This document shows positions 12,001-25,306 of a stretch of DNA of 37,187 nucleotides, in pieces. How positions within the stretch are numbered: position 1 is the stretch's first letter; the number at the start of each line of letters is the position of its first letter. Source of the DNA: Welwitschia mirabilis (Eukaryota); contig JBOZIK010000001.1 in NCBI GenBank assembly GCA_051453625.1, forward strand, positions 26,963,563 to 27,000,749, read 5' to 3'. The notes under the pieces are model-generated. The model did not search any database, was not told the origin of the DNA, and was given only the letters and a program-made list of their open reading frames with translations. A program made the position numbers and the translations under genes.

Positions 12001-13218
12001 AACAAAATAAGATCTACTAAAAAGAAATAAAATATTTTGAACAAGGTCAGGTATAAGAATAAGGCATGTAAGATCATCATAGACAATGAGAGAACTGATA
12101 AGCTAATTTTTAGGAAAATGGTTCAAATGTTATAGTTGAAAACCAAATTACATCTTAATCCTTACAATAATACATGGTTAAGAAAGGGATGTCATATTTA
12201 CTATTTGATAATAATGTTTGTTTAGCTCTAATATTATAAATTTCTATAATAGGATAGATATGATGCTATACTTATGGATGCATATAATTAATTATTAGCA
12301 AGTCCTTTAAAATCTAATAGAAACTATGTATTTTTTGAAAAGAAGAATACATGCATAATGATAAATCTAAATGAAAGGATGTTTGAGATATTACCTATAG
12401 AACTAGAGAAGTTAGAGAGGACTATGGTAGTTTTTGTTTTAAATGAAAGGTAGATTATGTAAGAAGTGAAAAATAATGGTGATGGCATTGTAGTCCTTCT
12501 AAAGTTTTTAGGGAGGAATAAAAAATGCATGACCTAAAGGAGGTAAATAAAGTTTTGGAACTTTAAATGATATATTTACTAATGATTTACCATGTGTTTT
12601 ATCTCTAGCTCCAAGTATTAGGGATCTAATTGACATGGTTTTTAGTTCTTATCTTTTTAACATAACAATAAACTAGATGAATCTAAAAGAAAGACAAAAT
12701 TAGTAGATAAGTGTTATGGTTGTTGGATAATGGATTGATTAGAAATTTCTTATCTTCATGCTTTGTTCTATTGTTGTAATAGAAAAAAAGGATTGTATAA
12801 ATATATACATATGTATGACCTCTAAAGCCATTAGTAACATAATAATAGGATATTTCTTTTTTATACCTAGAAGAGATGATATTCTAGATAGGATATGTGC
12901 ATGTATGTTTATCAAGATAGATTTAAAGAGTGGGCATTACCAAATGAGTATTAGTAAAGGTGATGAATCACTTAAAATTTCACATAGATTATATGAATGA
13001 TTGATAATGTATTTTGATTTAAACTAAACTAAGTATTTATATGAATTTAATGATAGACATTATTAAGAATTTTCTTGGAAGATTTATTATTATGTTCATA
13101 GATAATATTTTGATGTATAGCAAAATCATGTTGAAATATAGGGTGCATTTAGGAAGAGTCCTTTATAAGATTAAGAAAGGGATGTTATAAGTATACAACA
13201 AGAAGTTTACTTTTACAA
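9012..13218 (+). mobile_element. Decayed Ty3/gypsy (CRM-like) element: putative 5' LTR, gag, protease and RT, truncated by gap
   Basis: gag remnants NWIYAMEKYF (~9875) and DKSMMEYIE*FHRL (~11435). Protease ACKIIIDNERTDKLI (~12065; cf. VCK.IIDSGSTDNL) and HLNPY..TWLRKG. RT PRRDDILD...KIDLKSGHYQM (12860-12950) and FIIMFIDNILMYS (~13085; cf. YFDDILIYS). The LTR (~9012-9535) boundaries are approximate. Confidence 0.85.
9919..11225. mobile_element. LTR-type insertion (probable solo LTR) nested in the gag of the CRM-like element
   Basis: Perfect 9-bp inverted ends TGTAATGTT...AACATTACA and a perfect 5-bp TSD GGTAG (9914-9918 / 11226-11230). TATAAATAGG near 10171. A 551-N gap hides the middle. Confidence 0.85.
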
Positions 13219-13975
13219 NNNNNNNNNNNNNNNNNNNNNNNNNNNNNNNNNNNNNNNNNNNNNNNNNNNNNNNNNNNNNNNNNNNNNNNNNNNNNNNNNN
13301 NNNNNNNNNNNNNNNNNNNNNNNNNNNNNNNNNNNNNNNNNNNNNNNNNNNNNNNNNNNNNNNNNNNNNNNNNNNNNNNNNNNNNNNNNNNNNNNNNNNN
13401 NNNNNNNNNNNNNNNNNNNNNNNNNNNNNNNNNNNNNNNNNNNNNNNNNNNNNNNNNNNNNNNNNNNNNNNNNNNNNNNNNNNNNNNNNNNNNNNNNNNN
13501 NNNNNNNNNNNNNNNNNNNNNNNNNNNNNNNNNNNNNNNNNNNNNNNNNNNNNNNNNNNNNNNNNNNNNNNNNNNNNNNNNNNNNNNNNNNNNNNNNNNN
13601 NNNNNNNNNNNNNNNNNNNNNNNNNNNNNNNNNNNNNNNNNNNNNNNNNNNNNNNNNNNNNNNNNNNNNNNNNNNNNNNNNNNNNNNNNNNNNNNNNNNN
13701 NNNNNNNNNNNNNNNNNNNNNNNNNNNNNNNNNNNNNNNNNNNNNNNNNNNNNNNNNNNNNNNNNNNNNNNNNNNNNNNNNNNNNNNNNNNNNNNNNNNN
13801 NNNNNNNNNNNNNNNNNNNNNNNNNNNNNNNNNNNNNNNNNNNNNNNNNNNNNNNNNNNNNNNNNNNNNNNNNNNNNNNNNNNNNNNNNNNNCTTCCCAA
13901 CCCCAACCGCCCCACCCCTCCGCCCCCCCCCCCCCCTCCCTCCAACCAAAAAAAAAAAGACTAAAAAAAAGAAAA

Positions 13976-16798
13976 TAAATTTGTAATATTTATTTCTACT
14001 TTTAAGACATATGATTTTAGTTTTATCAATTCTTATTCTCAAATGTAAGTAATTATAAAATTCATCAAAAGTATGAATAATCTCTTTCATACCTCTTTTA
14101 TTTGCAAAACTCAATGTGGTGTCCTCTACATAAAAAAGAAGATTTAGTAGGAAATTAGCTATCTTAAAAAAGTGATTTATAATCATACCATATATCCATT
14201 CTTTCAAATTGTTAGTAAAAGATTCAAATAACATAGTAGAAATAGGACATCCTTATTTTACTATAATTCTTATCAAAATCTCAAATGACTCTTTCAAATC
14301 TAATGATAATATATTTCTATAATATGTAAATGCCAAGAACAAATGTTTTTCTATAATATTTAGGCATACCTATACTAAATAGATGCTACCATACTCTATT
14401 TTAATTGAGTAAATAATAGGCCTTTGAGAAATCAAAATCATAAATAAAATCCTTATTTCTAGGTTTCTTCATAGAATTCAAGCAGTAAGGAAGAGTGACT
14501 AAGTTATTAATGGTAGAATGATGTTATTAAAAGGTTTCAAACGAAATTACTCTTATTTTATTTTTCTCTCTATACTTGCAAACTCTTCTTTTCAATATAG
14601 TTCCCAAAATTTTAAAAATAATATTATTGATGATAATGAGGTTATAATTAGATAGAGCTAGTATATTAAATTTTTGAAAGAAAATCATATAAACCTTCAT
14701 AAAAACTCTCATTTATTTTGTTTTATTTTAGTTCGTAGATAAATTTTTTTTCTTATTTAAGAAAATCTACATAAATATCAAAGCTATTCATTGCTTTATC
14801 AGTATTAAGTTTTTCAATACTTACCATAATGTTCTAAAATGTTATCTATATGCTTAAACATAAAAATGATGTATACTTTTCTTTTTCCTTATATCGAAAA
14901 ATATTTTTTAAGAATAATTTAATTTACTTAAAGGAATATTTAAATTGCTCTTTCTTATGATTCTAAAATAACCCCCACATCTATTTTTGGTTTATTTTTA
15001 ATCATTTAAACAAATTAAGCTTGTTACTCTTTTATAGATACATATTTCTTATTTCAAATTAACATCTTATAAGATTTTATTATTATCTTTTGTATTCATA
15101 CATTTTCTTGTGTATCCTTAATTTAGTATTTTGATATTATTCATCAAATTGTTTTGGATCGACTCGTCTTTCTTGATGTCTAGCCACTTCTTTGAAAACC
15201 TATAAAAGAGTTTTAAAATATCTTAATTGTTACTTTGACTATTCAACTCTTCTTCATGTCATTACATTACAAGTCTTTTCAATGTTATTTGATTCTTTGA
15301 AGGATCCTAAATTTTTACCTTTGTAAATTTTCAAGACATTTCTAATAGTAAAATCTAAAATTTGATGTTTGTATTTAGCTAACGCAATACAAAATTTAAA
15401 TCTTAAATCAGGAACACTTCATGTATTAGTCAAAAGAAAATAAATGCAAGAATTTACTTGATGTTCTATAATAGTAAACAAGTCTAACTTTGAAAAAGTT
15501 TCCATACCATAAGAATAAGAAGATACGTATACTAGTATAATAGAAGAAACATTTTATTTTCTCTTATACTAAAATACTAATATTATAAAGATAAATCTTA
15601 ATTACCAATAATATAATCATATCTTTAATAATTACCTTCGATTTACTTCAACATGTTAACTTACCTTTTACCAATTCTTTTTTTTTAAAGGGAATTCTAG
15701 GTAGATAGTATGTATCACATAATGCCCCATGATAGTAGGGTCTATGCAAACTTACAATGATAATTAATAAAGAACAACATTTCATTAGTCCCCCTACCTT
15801 TGTAGGAATTTGAAACTAGGACCTTAGGTTCATATGTTCCTTAACCTTACTAATAGGGTAAGCTGTCTTTAATACCTTTTAATAATTCTTTCATTCAAAT
15901 CTTTTAAAGAGAAGGATCATCATATATAGTTTAAAATAATAGAAACATAAATAAAATTCTCTAGAGAAATGGGATAATTTTAAGCCAAATAAATTATTTA
16001 TTCTTAGTAATAAGAATAATATCAATGAAAGTTTTTTAATACTATTTATAACAATGCAAGTAATTCCATCAAAATATCTATCTCTTCTGCTTTCTTTATG
16101 CTTAAAAATAGAAAATGTGAAAAATTTTGGATTATGAAATTCTTCTAGATATTAATATTTACATGTTTTAACAAAACTAAAGAGATCACAATCATTTAAA
16201 AAAAATAATTAATAGTGTCTAAAGTTCTTAGCTTATTTACAAAGTTGTAATTAATAATAAGAGAGCCATAATGCAAGAATTTGATACATTTTTTGGAATT
16301 CTTTTTTTGCTAATCACTATTACATTTTTCTATTTAAAATGTAAATTTTATTTTTTCTTTAAAATAATTTACTTTTTTTCATTCTTCTTCTTCTTTCTAC
16401 TAAATTTCATTTTCATGATATCTTAGTAACCCATAATTGTTTTACCTTGTAAGCTACTTTGATGAATCCATACACAGTTTTCAAATTGTAGATGTTCAAA
16501 TTTGATAAGAATATGCTAAGGTTTTGAATCTTTTCTTCCCATTAAATATATCACTATAATTTGTTGATCTAGAATGAACATCTTATTTTGAATGAATTCT
16601 AACATTTTTATGGATAAATCTTATTATTATTTTTTTATAATATCTATAATAAAAAACTTAAGAGCCTTTTCCTTCTTCTCCTCTTATTTTCTTTTTGCTA
16701 AAGAGCCTCATAAATTAGAATCTTTATATCATCTTTTTCTTTATGTTCAAACATTTTTCTCTTTCAGTCTAATCTAGAAAGTATTTCTTAGATATTAT
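13976..16798 (-). mobile_element. Decayed LINE (ORF1, APE endonuclease, RT)
   Basis: RT motifs SNYNLIII (cf. NYRTIMI), DFSKAY, IVK*GCPISTMLF (cf. GVRQGCPLSP.LF), LLFYVEDT (cf. LL.ADD) and IRIDKTKII. Endonuclease DLNERI(G) near 15885-15905 (cf. GD.NAR.G). ORF1-like MGRKDSKP*HILIKF near 16500-16545. ORF1 probably resumes at 23725-23830, beyond element A. Confidence 0.85.
15679..15872 (-). mobile_element. tRNA-derived SINE inserted in the LINE endonuclease
   Basis: Minus strand has an A-box-like agcttaccctattagtaagg, a B-box GTTTCAAATTCC (15816-15805) and a 3' A-run. 17-bp TSD tacctttta(cc/at)aattct at 15662-15678 and 15873-15889 (2 mismatches). Confidence 0.8.
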
Positions 16799-19700
16799 TG
16801 TTAACATGTAAAAATTCACATTTGTATCAAATGTTTTAGGCCAGTTTATTATAAATGAAGATATTAATTAAATTATTTTAATCATAAATTATGTCTTCTA
16901 TTATTTTTAAAATAAAATTTCATATTACACTTTTCTCCATGATAACTACAGATCTTTAGTCATGTTTAGGAATGCATCGTGGAAGATGGACATAATTTCG
17001 CATAAAATAATGATAGCAATGGAGATGTAAGGTAGTGACATGTAGTAGTAGTATTTGAAGACATGTGGAAGAGATATATGGAGGTAACATTGGAGACATG
17101 TGGTAATAGCACTAGTTGGTAGAGGAATATGACTCCAAAGGATAGGTGTTAAATTCATCATGATGAAGATTCCACCTAATCTACAAGATGATCTTCACCA
17201 ATACTATAAGACAATCTTGATAAAATGCTAAATGATAAAGATTCTACCTAATGCTAGAGGATAGAATATTATCTACATAATGCTTTAAGATAACCTCTAC
17301 CAAATGCTAAATGATAAAGATTCTACATAATGCTATAGGACAAAATCTCATCTATCTAATACTACAAGGTAACATCCACCAAATGCTATAAGATATAATC
17401 TTATCTGCCTTATACTAAATGATGAAGATTCTACCTAATTCTGTAAGCCAAAATCTTGTAACTAGCCCTCATCCCCATCTGTTATTATAAGGGACTTGAA
17501 CCCTTCATTGTAATCATCTTTAATTAGCTTATCATGGGGAAGGCTTGGAGGCTTGGACATTATGGTGTTTTAACATCATTTTTTGGGGCCGAATGATCTT
17601 TGGCTAGTTAATGAATTCTTTTTCTTCTTCTCCATCACTGATGTAATGTATTTCTTTTAGTTTTAACAAATAATTCTTTGAATCCTTTAATTATTAATGC
17701 ATGATTTTGTTTAGTATTAGCAATATTTAGGTAGAAGTAGTCATTAAAGTAGGTTTTATCTTTCATCATTAATTCAGAGTAAAAGGGTATTACCAATTTT
17801 TAGGTGAAGCTTATTTAATTGTCAAGTTTTTTAAAATTGTGTGAATTAAAGTTACTTTTGTGATTTATAGTTCTTATTATTTGACGGATCTTTTGCACTT
17901 AGGTTCATACTTTTCATGCTTACATAGGATTGCAAAATATTGAGAGGACTTGATAACTTACCAACTCTTATGTGGTGGATGAGATTATGCCTTCATGCTG
18001 AGCATTAATGACATGACAATTTAAATTCATGTTCTAGGATATAAGAATCTTTGGAGTAAAGGAGGAGATAGAGAGTTGGATAAATCAACATATTGTTAGA
18101 GCATTTATGTTGCCTTGTGTTGCTGATTAATGATAACTTTTTTTCTCTTAACTTTTTAATTTTTAGTTTGTTTGAGTTTTATTACAAGTTAGATTAATTT
18201 TGTTTCTTTTGATTAATTTACCTCCTACATCCCTACAGAAGAATGATACTAAGTGTTTTACTTAGTTTAAATTTGGACATTGTACTACAACTAACATATT
18301 TTGGTGCCATTATCAAGGATATATTGGCAGAATAATTTTTTTAAGAGCACATAATTATTTTTCTTATAATTTTTAGATAGATTTTATTTTTCCAGTGGTA
18401 TGTACTACTCTCTTTAGCTTTTTTTAGTATGATTTTTCTTTCCTTCTAGTGGTAAGTATTGGTCCATTTTGAGTAATACCTGAAATAGTCCAAATTGTTA
18501 ACTTTTTTTTATCTTTATAACATTTGAAAGTTCATTTTTATATCTGATATTTTACGTTGCAGGTCTAATTACTTTCCTGCAAGTGCAACCAAATATTATA
18601 TTGTGAATATTAAATTAAAATCAAACTCTAATGATTTGTGTATTCTATGTGTTTCTGATTTCTATAACTTCTTTATACATTTTTCATTTGTGCTAGTTTA
18701 TATTTCTATTAAGAATTTTAAGAAAAATTAAAAATATAAGGTTTATTTTCCTAGGTTTTAAAAATTTAAGTTTCAGATGTTTTTGGATTTTTGTTATATT
18801 TTCTTAAATCCTGTAACTAGAACCACTTTGCACTATTATAAAACCAACCTTTTTTTTTGCTTGATTATCTTTGCTCAATTAAACTAGTGCTACTACTTTC
18901 CTTGACTGATGTCATTGGCATATCTGCTCCAAAACCTCTAAAACTTTAATCAAACCTTTCTATGACCTCTTTGATCCATTTCAACTTGTAGGCCTTCTTT
19001 GAAACTATGAAAAACCTAAAAAGGAGAATCTTTAACCAAAATCATGAACTATTTTCTTAGACCTTAACCATGAGTTAGGCCCTAAATCCATTGCAAATAG
19101 CTTCAATCTTAAACTTGTCTATTCCTATATTTTTTAGATTGATAATTAACTAATCGTAGAGATCTTGTTAGACTAAAAAAAACTCTAGGAGATTATCTTC
19201 AATTTATTCATACCAATCACACCCCTAGATACTTTTGATATTAGACAAACCCTTAAAGAGTATGCTCAATGTTCTTTGTACATAGATCAAACTCCTTACA
19301 ACTTGAAATTTGAAAATCTTTATCATGAACTAAGAGAGTTTAATTCCACTTCTTTCTTCATCCCTCATGATTCTTATCCTTTGACTTCATATTTATCGTC
19401 CTTTGATCTTTACCCTTCATCTCCATTTTGATATTCTTCATCTCCTAAAAATTAACAAACCTCTTCGAATTCCTTATAATACATCCTTGTGAGATTCATA
19501 AAAGCTCAAATGCAAAAAAATGAAAGGTTTGAGCAAACAAACCAAATACTTGAGTGAGATATCCAATAGTTTGAGCAAGATATCCAATAATTAATTCAAG
19601 TCACTACTTAAATCCTTAAAACTTTAGAAGAAAAAAATATTCCTACATTCCATGAACTTACAAGCTTAAAAAACCTTGAAGGATTAATAAAACTAAAAGT

Positions 19701-22700
19701 GACAATATCCAAACCTTATTCATTAGGAATAAGGAAGAAAACTATGAAGAAACTAATGATGACATCTAAGAGGACCTTGAGTTTAGACATCACTTAGAGA
19801 GTGAATAGTTACATAAATGTTTAGAGTAGGATTAACCACTTCAAAAAATGATGCTTAATTCGTAGTAAGTGAGCAAACATTTGATATAGAAAAAAAATTG
19901 AATGCTACACAATAAAGGACAAATCAATGAGTGACATGGACAACAATGGAATTGAACCTATTCTTGAGCCTTAACCAATGTCGCCTATGTAACCTTATGA
20001 GGAAGAATCCCTTAGTAATCTTAATGATAAAGAAAACATTAACCAAGAGCCATTTTAAGGTTCATCCTTTAAAAAATCTTTTTCTTAACAACCCCTTAAA
20101 CTAATAATAACATTCTCATCTATAACTTCTAAGTAAGACTTAAACCTTAATGATAAAAACAAACCTACAACTCTATAACCATCTTCTAATACTTCTTTCA
20201 ATGATTATTCATCTTTAATGATTTCCACTTCATCTTTGCCTTCATCTAAAATTTACCTCTTTTTGAATTATTGAGTAAATAGGAATAGCCCAAGGGTTAA
20301 AATTTTTTTAATTTTGAATAAATTAATTTTACTACTAGTGTTAATGTTCTTTTTATTTTTCTAGATTCATGTATAAATATTTATAGGGATTTGATGTCCT
20401 CTTTGAATGTGTTTTATAATTCTTATTTATCATTCAACATGGACTTATTATTTTAAACCTTCAAATTTACAATACCTTGGAAAAGTCCTTGAAATTTTTT
20501 TTATTTCTTTGTATGCATTTATATTAGATTTTTCTTTTAAAATAGATTTTCATTTTAGAACAGGTTTTGGTTTAAAAAAAATGCTTAAAATTTTGTATTT
20601 GATGCCATTTTACACTTAAAACTATCTAAACAATTCCACTTATATAATCACCATCTTAAACATTTTTAGGTAGGAAACCCAAAATTTCATCCACACCATC
20701 GAATAAACAATCATCACCTTTGAGTTTGACCTCTATCCCTTTCATTTTCATTGATCTACCTCCTTAAGTTTACTAACTGCTCTTCCCTTCAATCTATCCA
20801 ATAATTCATTAGATTATATAATCTTGGTTGATGGACCTTAAGTGAATAAATATTTAATAAGTGATCACATTATTATTATTATGAATTAGATAGAATTTAA
20901 ATTTACTTATAGTTTTTCAAGGAGATGTTTTTCTTAATTTCAAGTTAACTTATTAAGATTTAGTTTTACTTAAGATCTCCTAATTGGAAAATATGGTTGA
21001 ATGAAGGTGAAATTTACTTTCATATTAAGTGAATTATTTTAAATTATTTTTATGGGGATAAGAATTATCTTGATTAGGCTAATGAGTTAATGACCCCTGT
21101 ATGTGCATAAAAATGTATTGAATATGAAAAGGTTGATTAAAAACAAAAATAAAAATATCTCCTCTCCAAAAGCAAATTATTTTATGAGTAATTAAAATTG
21201 GATTTAGTTAACTACATCAGGGCTATGGACACTCGCATGTAGTCTAGCTTTAATGATTTAATTTATAACATTCTCTACTACATGAAGGATATAAATGCTC
21301 ACTCACAATGTATTACTAACTCCTTCATAAATCAACATGTTTAACTCTCTTAAAAGGTGATTTTATAATAATGAATGCCCAATTTGATAAAGAATGCTTA
21401 AAACAAGGAACAAAGCATGATTATAGAAAAGGTAAAATCGAAATTAAAAAGGTGGAGTTTGGAGACGCTTTTTATGTCTACTTCCCTTAACTTATGTACT
21501 TTAGAATTTTTCTTAACTAATTTTTGATAACTTGCATGTTTACTTAGATAATATCTTATTTTTTTAATATTGTAATTATTTTTAAACTAAAAATAAAATT
21601 TGAGATATTTTTAATAAATGTGACCATTAACTTAGGTATTCTATCATTTGAATTTGTAGATGATGAAATTTTTGTTAGGTATTATATTTTGTTCCCTAAA
21701 CATTACATTCTAGTTTAAATCTTGCATTACATTATTTTCTGTAAACAAATTCATCATTATCATTTACTATCCATGTAATTAAATTATTCTCTAAAGCCTT
21801 CTATAAATTTTTCATCTTTTGTAAACTTTTGAGAAGAAGGTTCAATTTTGGTTAGGGAATACAACATCTCGATTTTTACTTAATTTTAATACATTTTTCA
21901 CTTTAATGCCTTAATCACATAAGATTGGTTATAAAATTTTCCAAGTTATATCATTCACATACTTGAGCACTTATAACACAAGCAATTTTCTATGTTTAAC
22001 CATTTTGTTATTAACATTTTGCTAAGGCACTAGTAAAATACTCGTTAGAGGGTCTGTTAACATGTAAAAATTGACATTTGTATCAAGTGTTTAAGTCAAT
22101 TTATTGTAAATGAAGATATTTATTTAATTATTTTAATTCTAAAATATGTATTTTATTATTTTTAAAATAAAATTTGATATTACATTTTTCTTCATAATAA
22201 TTGTATATCTTCAACCATGTTTTGGAATACATGCAGAAGATAGACAAAATTCCACATGAAATAATGGTGGCAATGGAGACGTGAGATGGGGACATCTAGT
22301 AATAGCATTAGAAGACATGTCATAGAGATATGTAGAGGTAGCACTGAAGACATGGGTAATAGCATTGGCTGGTAGAGGAATTAAAATCCAAAGGACATGT
22401 GTTAAACTCATAATAACAAAGACTTTACCTTACACTATAAGATAATCTTCACAAATACTATAGGACAACCTCTACCAAATGCTAAATGATGAAGATTCTA
22501 CCTAATGCTAGAGGATAGAATCTTATCTACTTAATAGTATAAGACAAACTCCATGAAATGATAAATGATGAATATTCTACTTAATATTATAGAATAACAT
22601 CTCATCTACCTAACGCTATAAGAAAACCTCTATTAAATGCTAAAAGATAGAATCTTATCTACCTAATGCTAAATGACAAAGATTATTCCTAATACTATAA

Positions 22701-23724
22701 TACAAGAGCTTGTAATGACCTCTTACCTCCCTCTTTCCCTATAAAAGTAACTTAAACCCTTCATTGTATCTATCTTTGATTGGCTTATCATGGGGAAGAA
22801 TTGAAGGCTTTGATGTCATGGAATTCTAACATCTTTCTTGGGGGCAGAATGATCCATGGCTAGTTGAGGAGTTATTCTTCTTCTTCTTCACTGATATACT
22901 GTGTTTATTTTAGTTTTAATAAAGAATTGATTTGAATCCTTTAATTATTAATGCATAATTGTGTTTGGTATTAGCAATATTTAAGTAGAACTAGTTCTTA
23001 AAGTGGGTTTTATTCTTTCATCATTAATGCACAGTAAAAAGGTATTACCAATTTTTAAGTGAAGCTTATTTAATTATTGAGTTTTTTTGGAACTTCATGA
23101 GTTATTTAAAGTTACTTATGTGATTTATAGTTCCTATTATTTAGTGGATCTTGTGCACTTAGGTTCATACTTTTCATACTTATAAAGGGATATGAATTCT
23201 AGAGAGAACTTAATAATTCATTAACACTCATGTGATGGATGAGATTATGCCTCCACACTAAGCCTTAATGACTTGATGATTTAAGTGCATGTTTTAAGAT
23301 ATAGGAATTTTTGAAGTAAAGGAGGAGAGTAGGATGAATTGCTAGATTCTTAGAGCATTTTTGTTCNNNNNNNNNNNNNNNNNNNNNNNNNNNNNNNNNN
23401 NNNNNNNNNNNNNNNNNNNNNNNNNNNNNNNNNNNNNNNNNNNNNNNNNNNNNNNNNNNNNNNNNNGCATGTTTTAAGATATAGGAATTTTTGAAGTAAA
23501 GGAGGAGAGTAAGATGAATTGCTAGATTCTTAGAGCATTTTTGTTCCCTTATGTTTCCAAGTAAAGATCACTTCTTTTTTCTTTTGACTTTCTAATTTTT
23601 AGTTTGTTTGAGTTGTATTACAAGTTAGACTAATTTTATTTCTTTTGATTAGTTTATCTCCTACATTCCTATGGTAGAATAATGCTAAGTATTTTACTTA
23701 GTTTAAATCTGAAAATTATACTAC
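16799..23724 (+). mobile_element. Element A: non-autonomous Athila-like LTR retrotransposon (LARD/TR-GAG-like)
   Basis: LTRs at 16799-18296 and 22055-~23724 both start TGTTAACATGTAAAAATT. PBS tggtgccattatcaagga (18302-18319) differs from Athila-type TGGCGCCGTTGCCGGGGA only by transitions. PPT-like gttagagggtc precedes 22055. The ~3.76-kb interior has only a decayed gag-like coiled-coil stretch (~19000-20270). TSD is imperfect (attat / ttat). Confidence 0.88.
17160..17460 (+). repeat. Tandem array in U3 of element A 5' LTR (~26-bp subunits, ~80-bp higher-order period)
   Basis: Recurring aatgctaaatgataaagattctacct / aatgctagaggatagaatcttatctac / aatactataagacaacctctacca. The same array is in the 3' LTR at ~22415-22705. 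Confidence 0.8.
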
Positions 23725-23899
23725 TTATCTACTAAAGCTTAAACCTTATCCATGACCTCCTTATAAAGGGTGTTATTATTTAAAGATAAATCTACCACTA
23801 AATATCCCAAAACTTAAGTGATGTAGACATAGTTTTAATTTTCATTTTGGTTTTAAAACAAAAATAATCTTTGATTGTATTTTTGATGAATCTTTAGAA

Positions 23900-25306
23900 T
23901 GATGATGTTTTACCTTCCTATATCATCCATTGGGTGTGCAATGTTGTCTTGCATGCCTATCTTTACTAGTTCTAAGAAATCCTCTAAATCTTCTTCTCCT
24001 AATCAAGCACTAGAATAGACTATTTCATACCTAAGGTGGATTGACTCTCATACTAAGTACATAAAAAAAACTCTAATTGTAGCTAGATATAATATTACTT
24101 ATACCTTAGAGAAAGATGAAAGCTCAACATGAAAGGTAGACAAAGAATAGAAAGAAGAAGAAGATTTTGAAGAAAAATCCGAAGAGGAGGAAGCAAAAGA
24201 ATCTGACTAAATTTTTCTTTCTATGCTTATGTTTTTCTTTCATGCTTGTGTTTCTTCTCTTCTTTATCATCGATGTTAAAAGGAAAGAGGGGGGAGGGGG
24301 TGGATTACTTAGCTTTTTATGTTGCTCTCAATTGTATCTATCTTGATGAGCATTTTTCATTATACTATTCATCTTTCAATAATTGAAAAACATTTTTTAT
24401 ACTCTATAATTTGTGTCTTAAATTTTTGTAGTACACATCTATTTTGACTATGCACTCTAATTATTGGCATATCTAATGGTTATTCAATAATTCATGATCA
24501 AAATGTTGTCTATCATATATATTTTGCTACTTCAAATTATTTTTAAATTTTGGTACAATTTAAGAACTTTCAAAATATCTTACTTAATATAAAATGTTTA
24601 ATATTTTCGCAAAAATTGATAGGCATTTTATGAGGAAATGTTTTTCCCAAATCTAATCTCTTTAACTAAAAAAATATTTTATGTCAATGTCAAAGAGGGA
24701 TATTATTAAATTATTATTTAATAAGTGATATCAAACTAATGTTTTTTGCATAGTAAAATTTGTTGTATCTTGTGTAAAAAATATTAATCACTTATAGGTC
24801 AGAATCTAAAATATGTTATATTAAATTTTGATCTTGAAACCTATCATGTTTTGATATCCTTTTGAGGGGTCTACTAGACTTCTAATGTGTTAACCACACC
24901 TAAAGCAAATACACAAAAGTGAAATAAATTTAGAAGGATCAATTAGAGATTTGAAGGATTGACTAGATCTATGAACCTAAGTAGCAATACTCTTGAACCA
25001 ATTTTTAAGGGATTAACTGGACATCTAAGGTATCTATTAGACCTAATAAGTGTGCACTAATACTTTTAAACTAATCATTAAGGAGTCAACTAAACATTGT
25101 ATACTTCTAATTAGTATTTCTATGTATTCTGTTATTTCATTTTCCAACATAGTTTTAGTTTTCTTATATAAGTTTTTAGTGATTTATTTCAAGTAAGTTA
25201 ATATTATAAAGTTATTTGAATATTTTTAGAAATCTATTCACCTCACTTCCTCCACCTTCCCTGCCCCCCCTTCCCCGCGGCTAACCCCTCCTTTCTAGGG
25301 TTCTCA
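23900..25306 (+). mobile_element. 3' end of a Sirevirus-like Ty1/copia element (extra-ORF tail, multiple PPTs, 3' LTR ~24704-25306)
   Basis: Acidic ORF end EEEDFEEKSEEEEAKESD* (~24155-24210). PPT-like gatgttaaaaggaaagagggggg (~24272). Junction tgtcaaagagggatat|tatta (cf. TGCCAAAGGGGGAGAT|TGTTG). LTR end ctattcacc..C-rich..tctagggttctCA (cf. TATTCACCCCCCTCTAG). Confidence 0.6.

Noticed and set aside
17160..17460. CRISPR-like regular repeats
   Set aside because: The intervening segments are themselves repeats, there are no unique spacers or cas genes, and the array lies inside eukaryotic LTRs.
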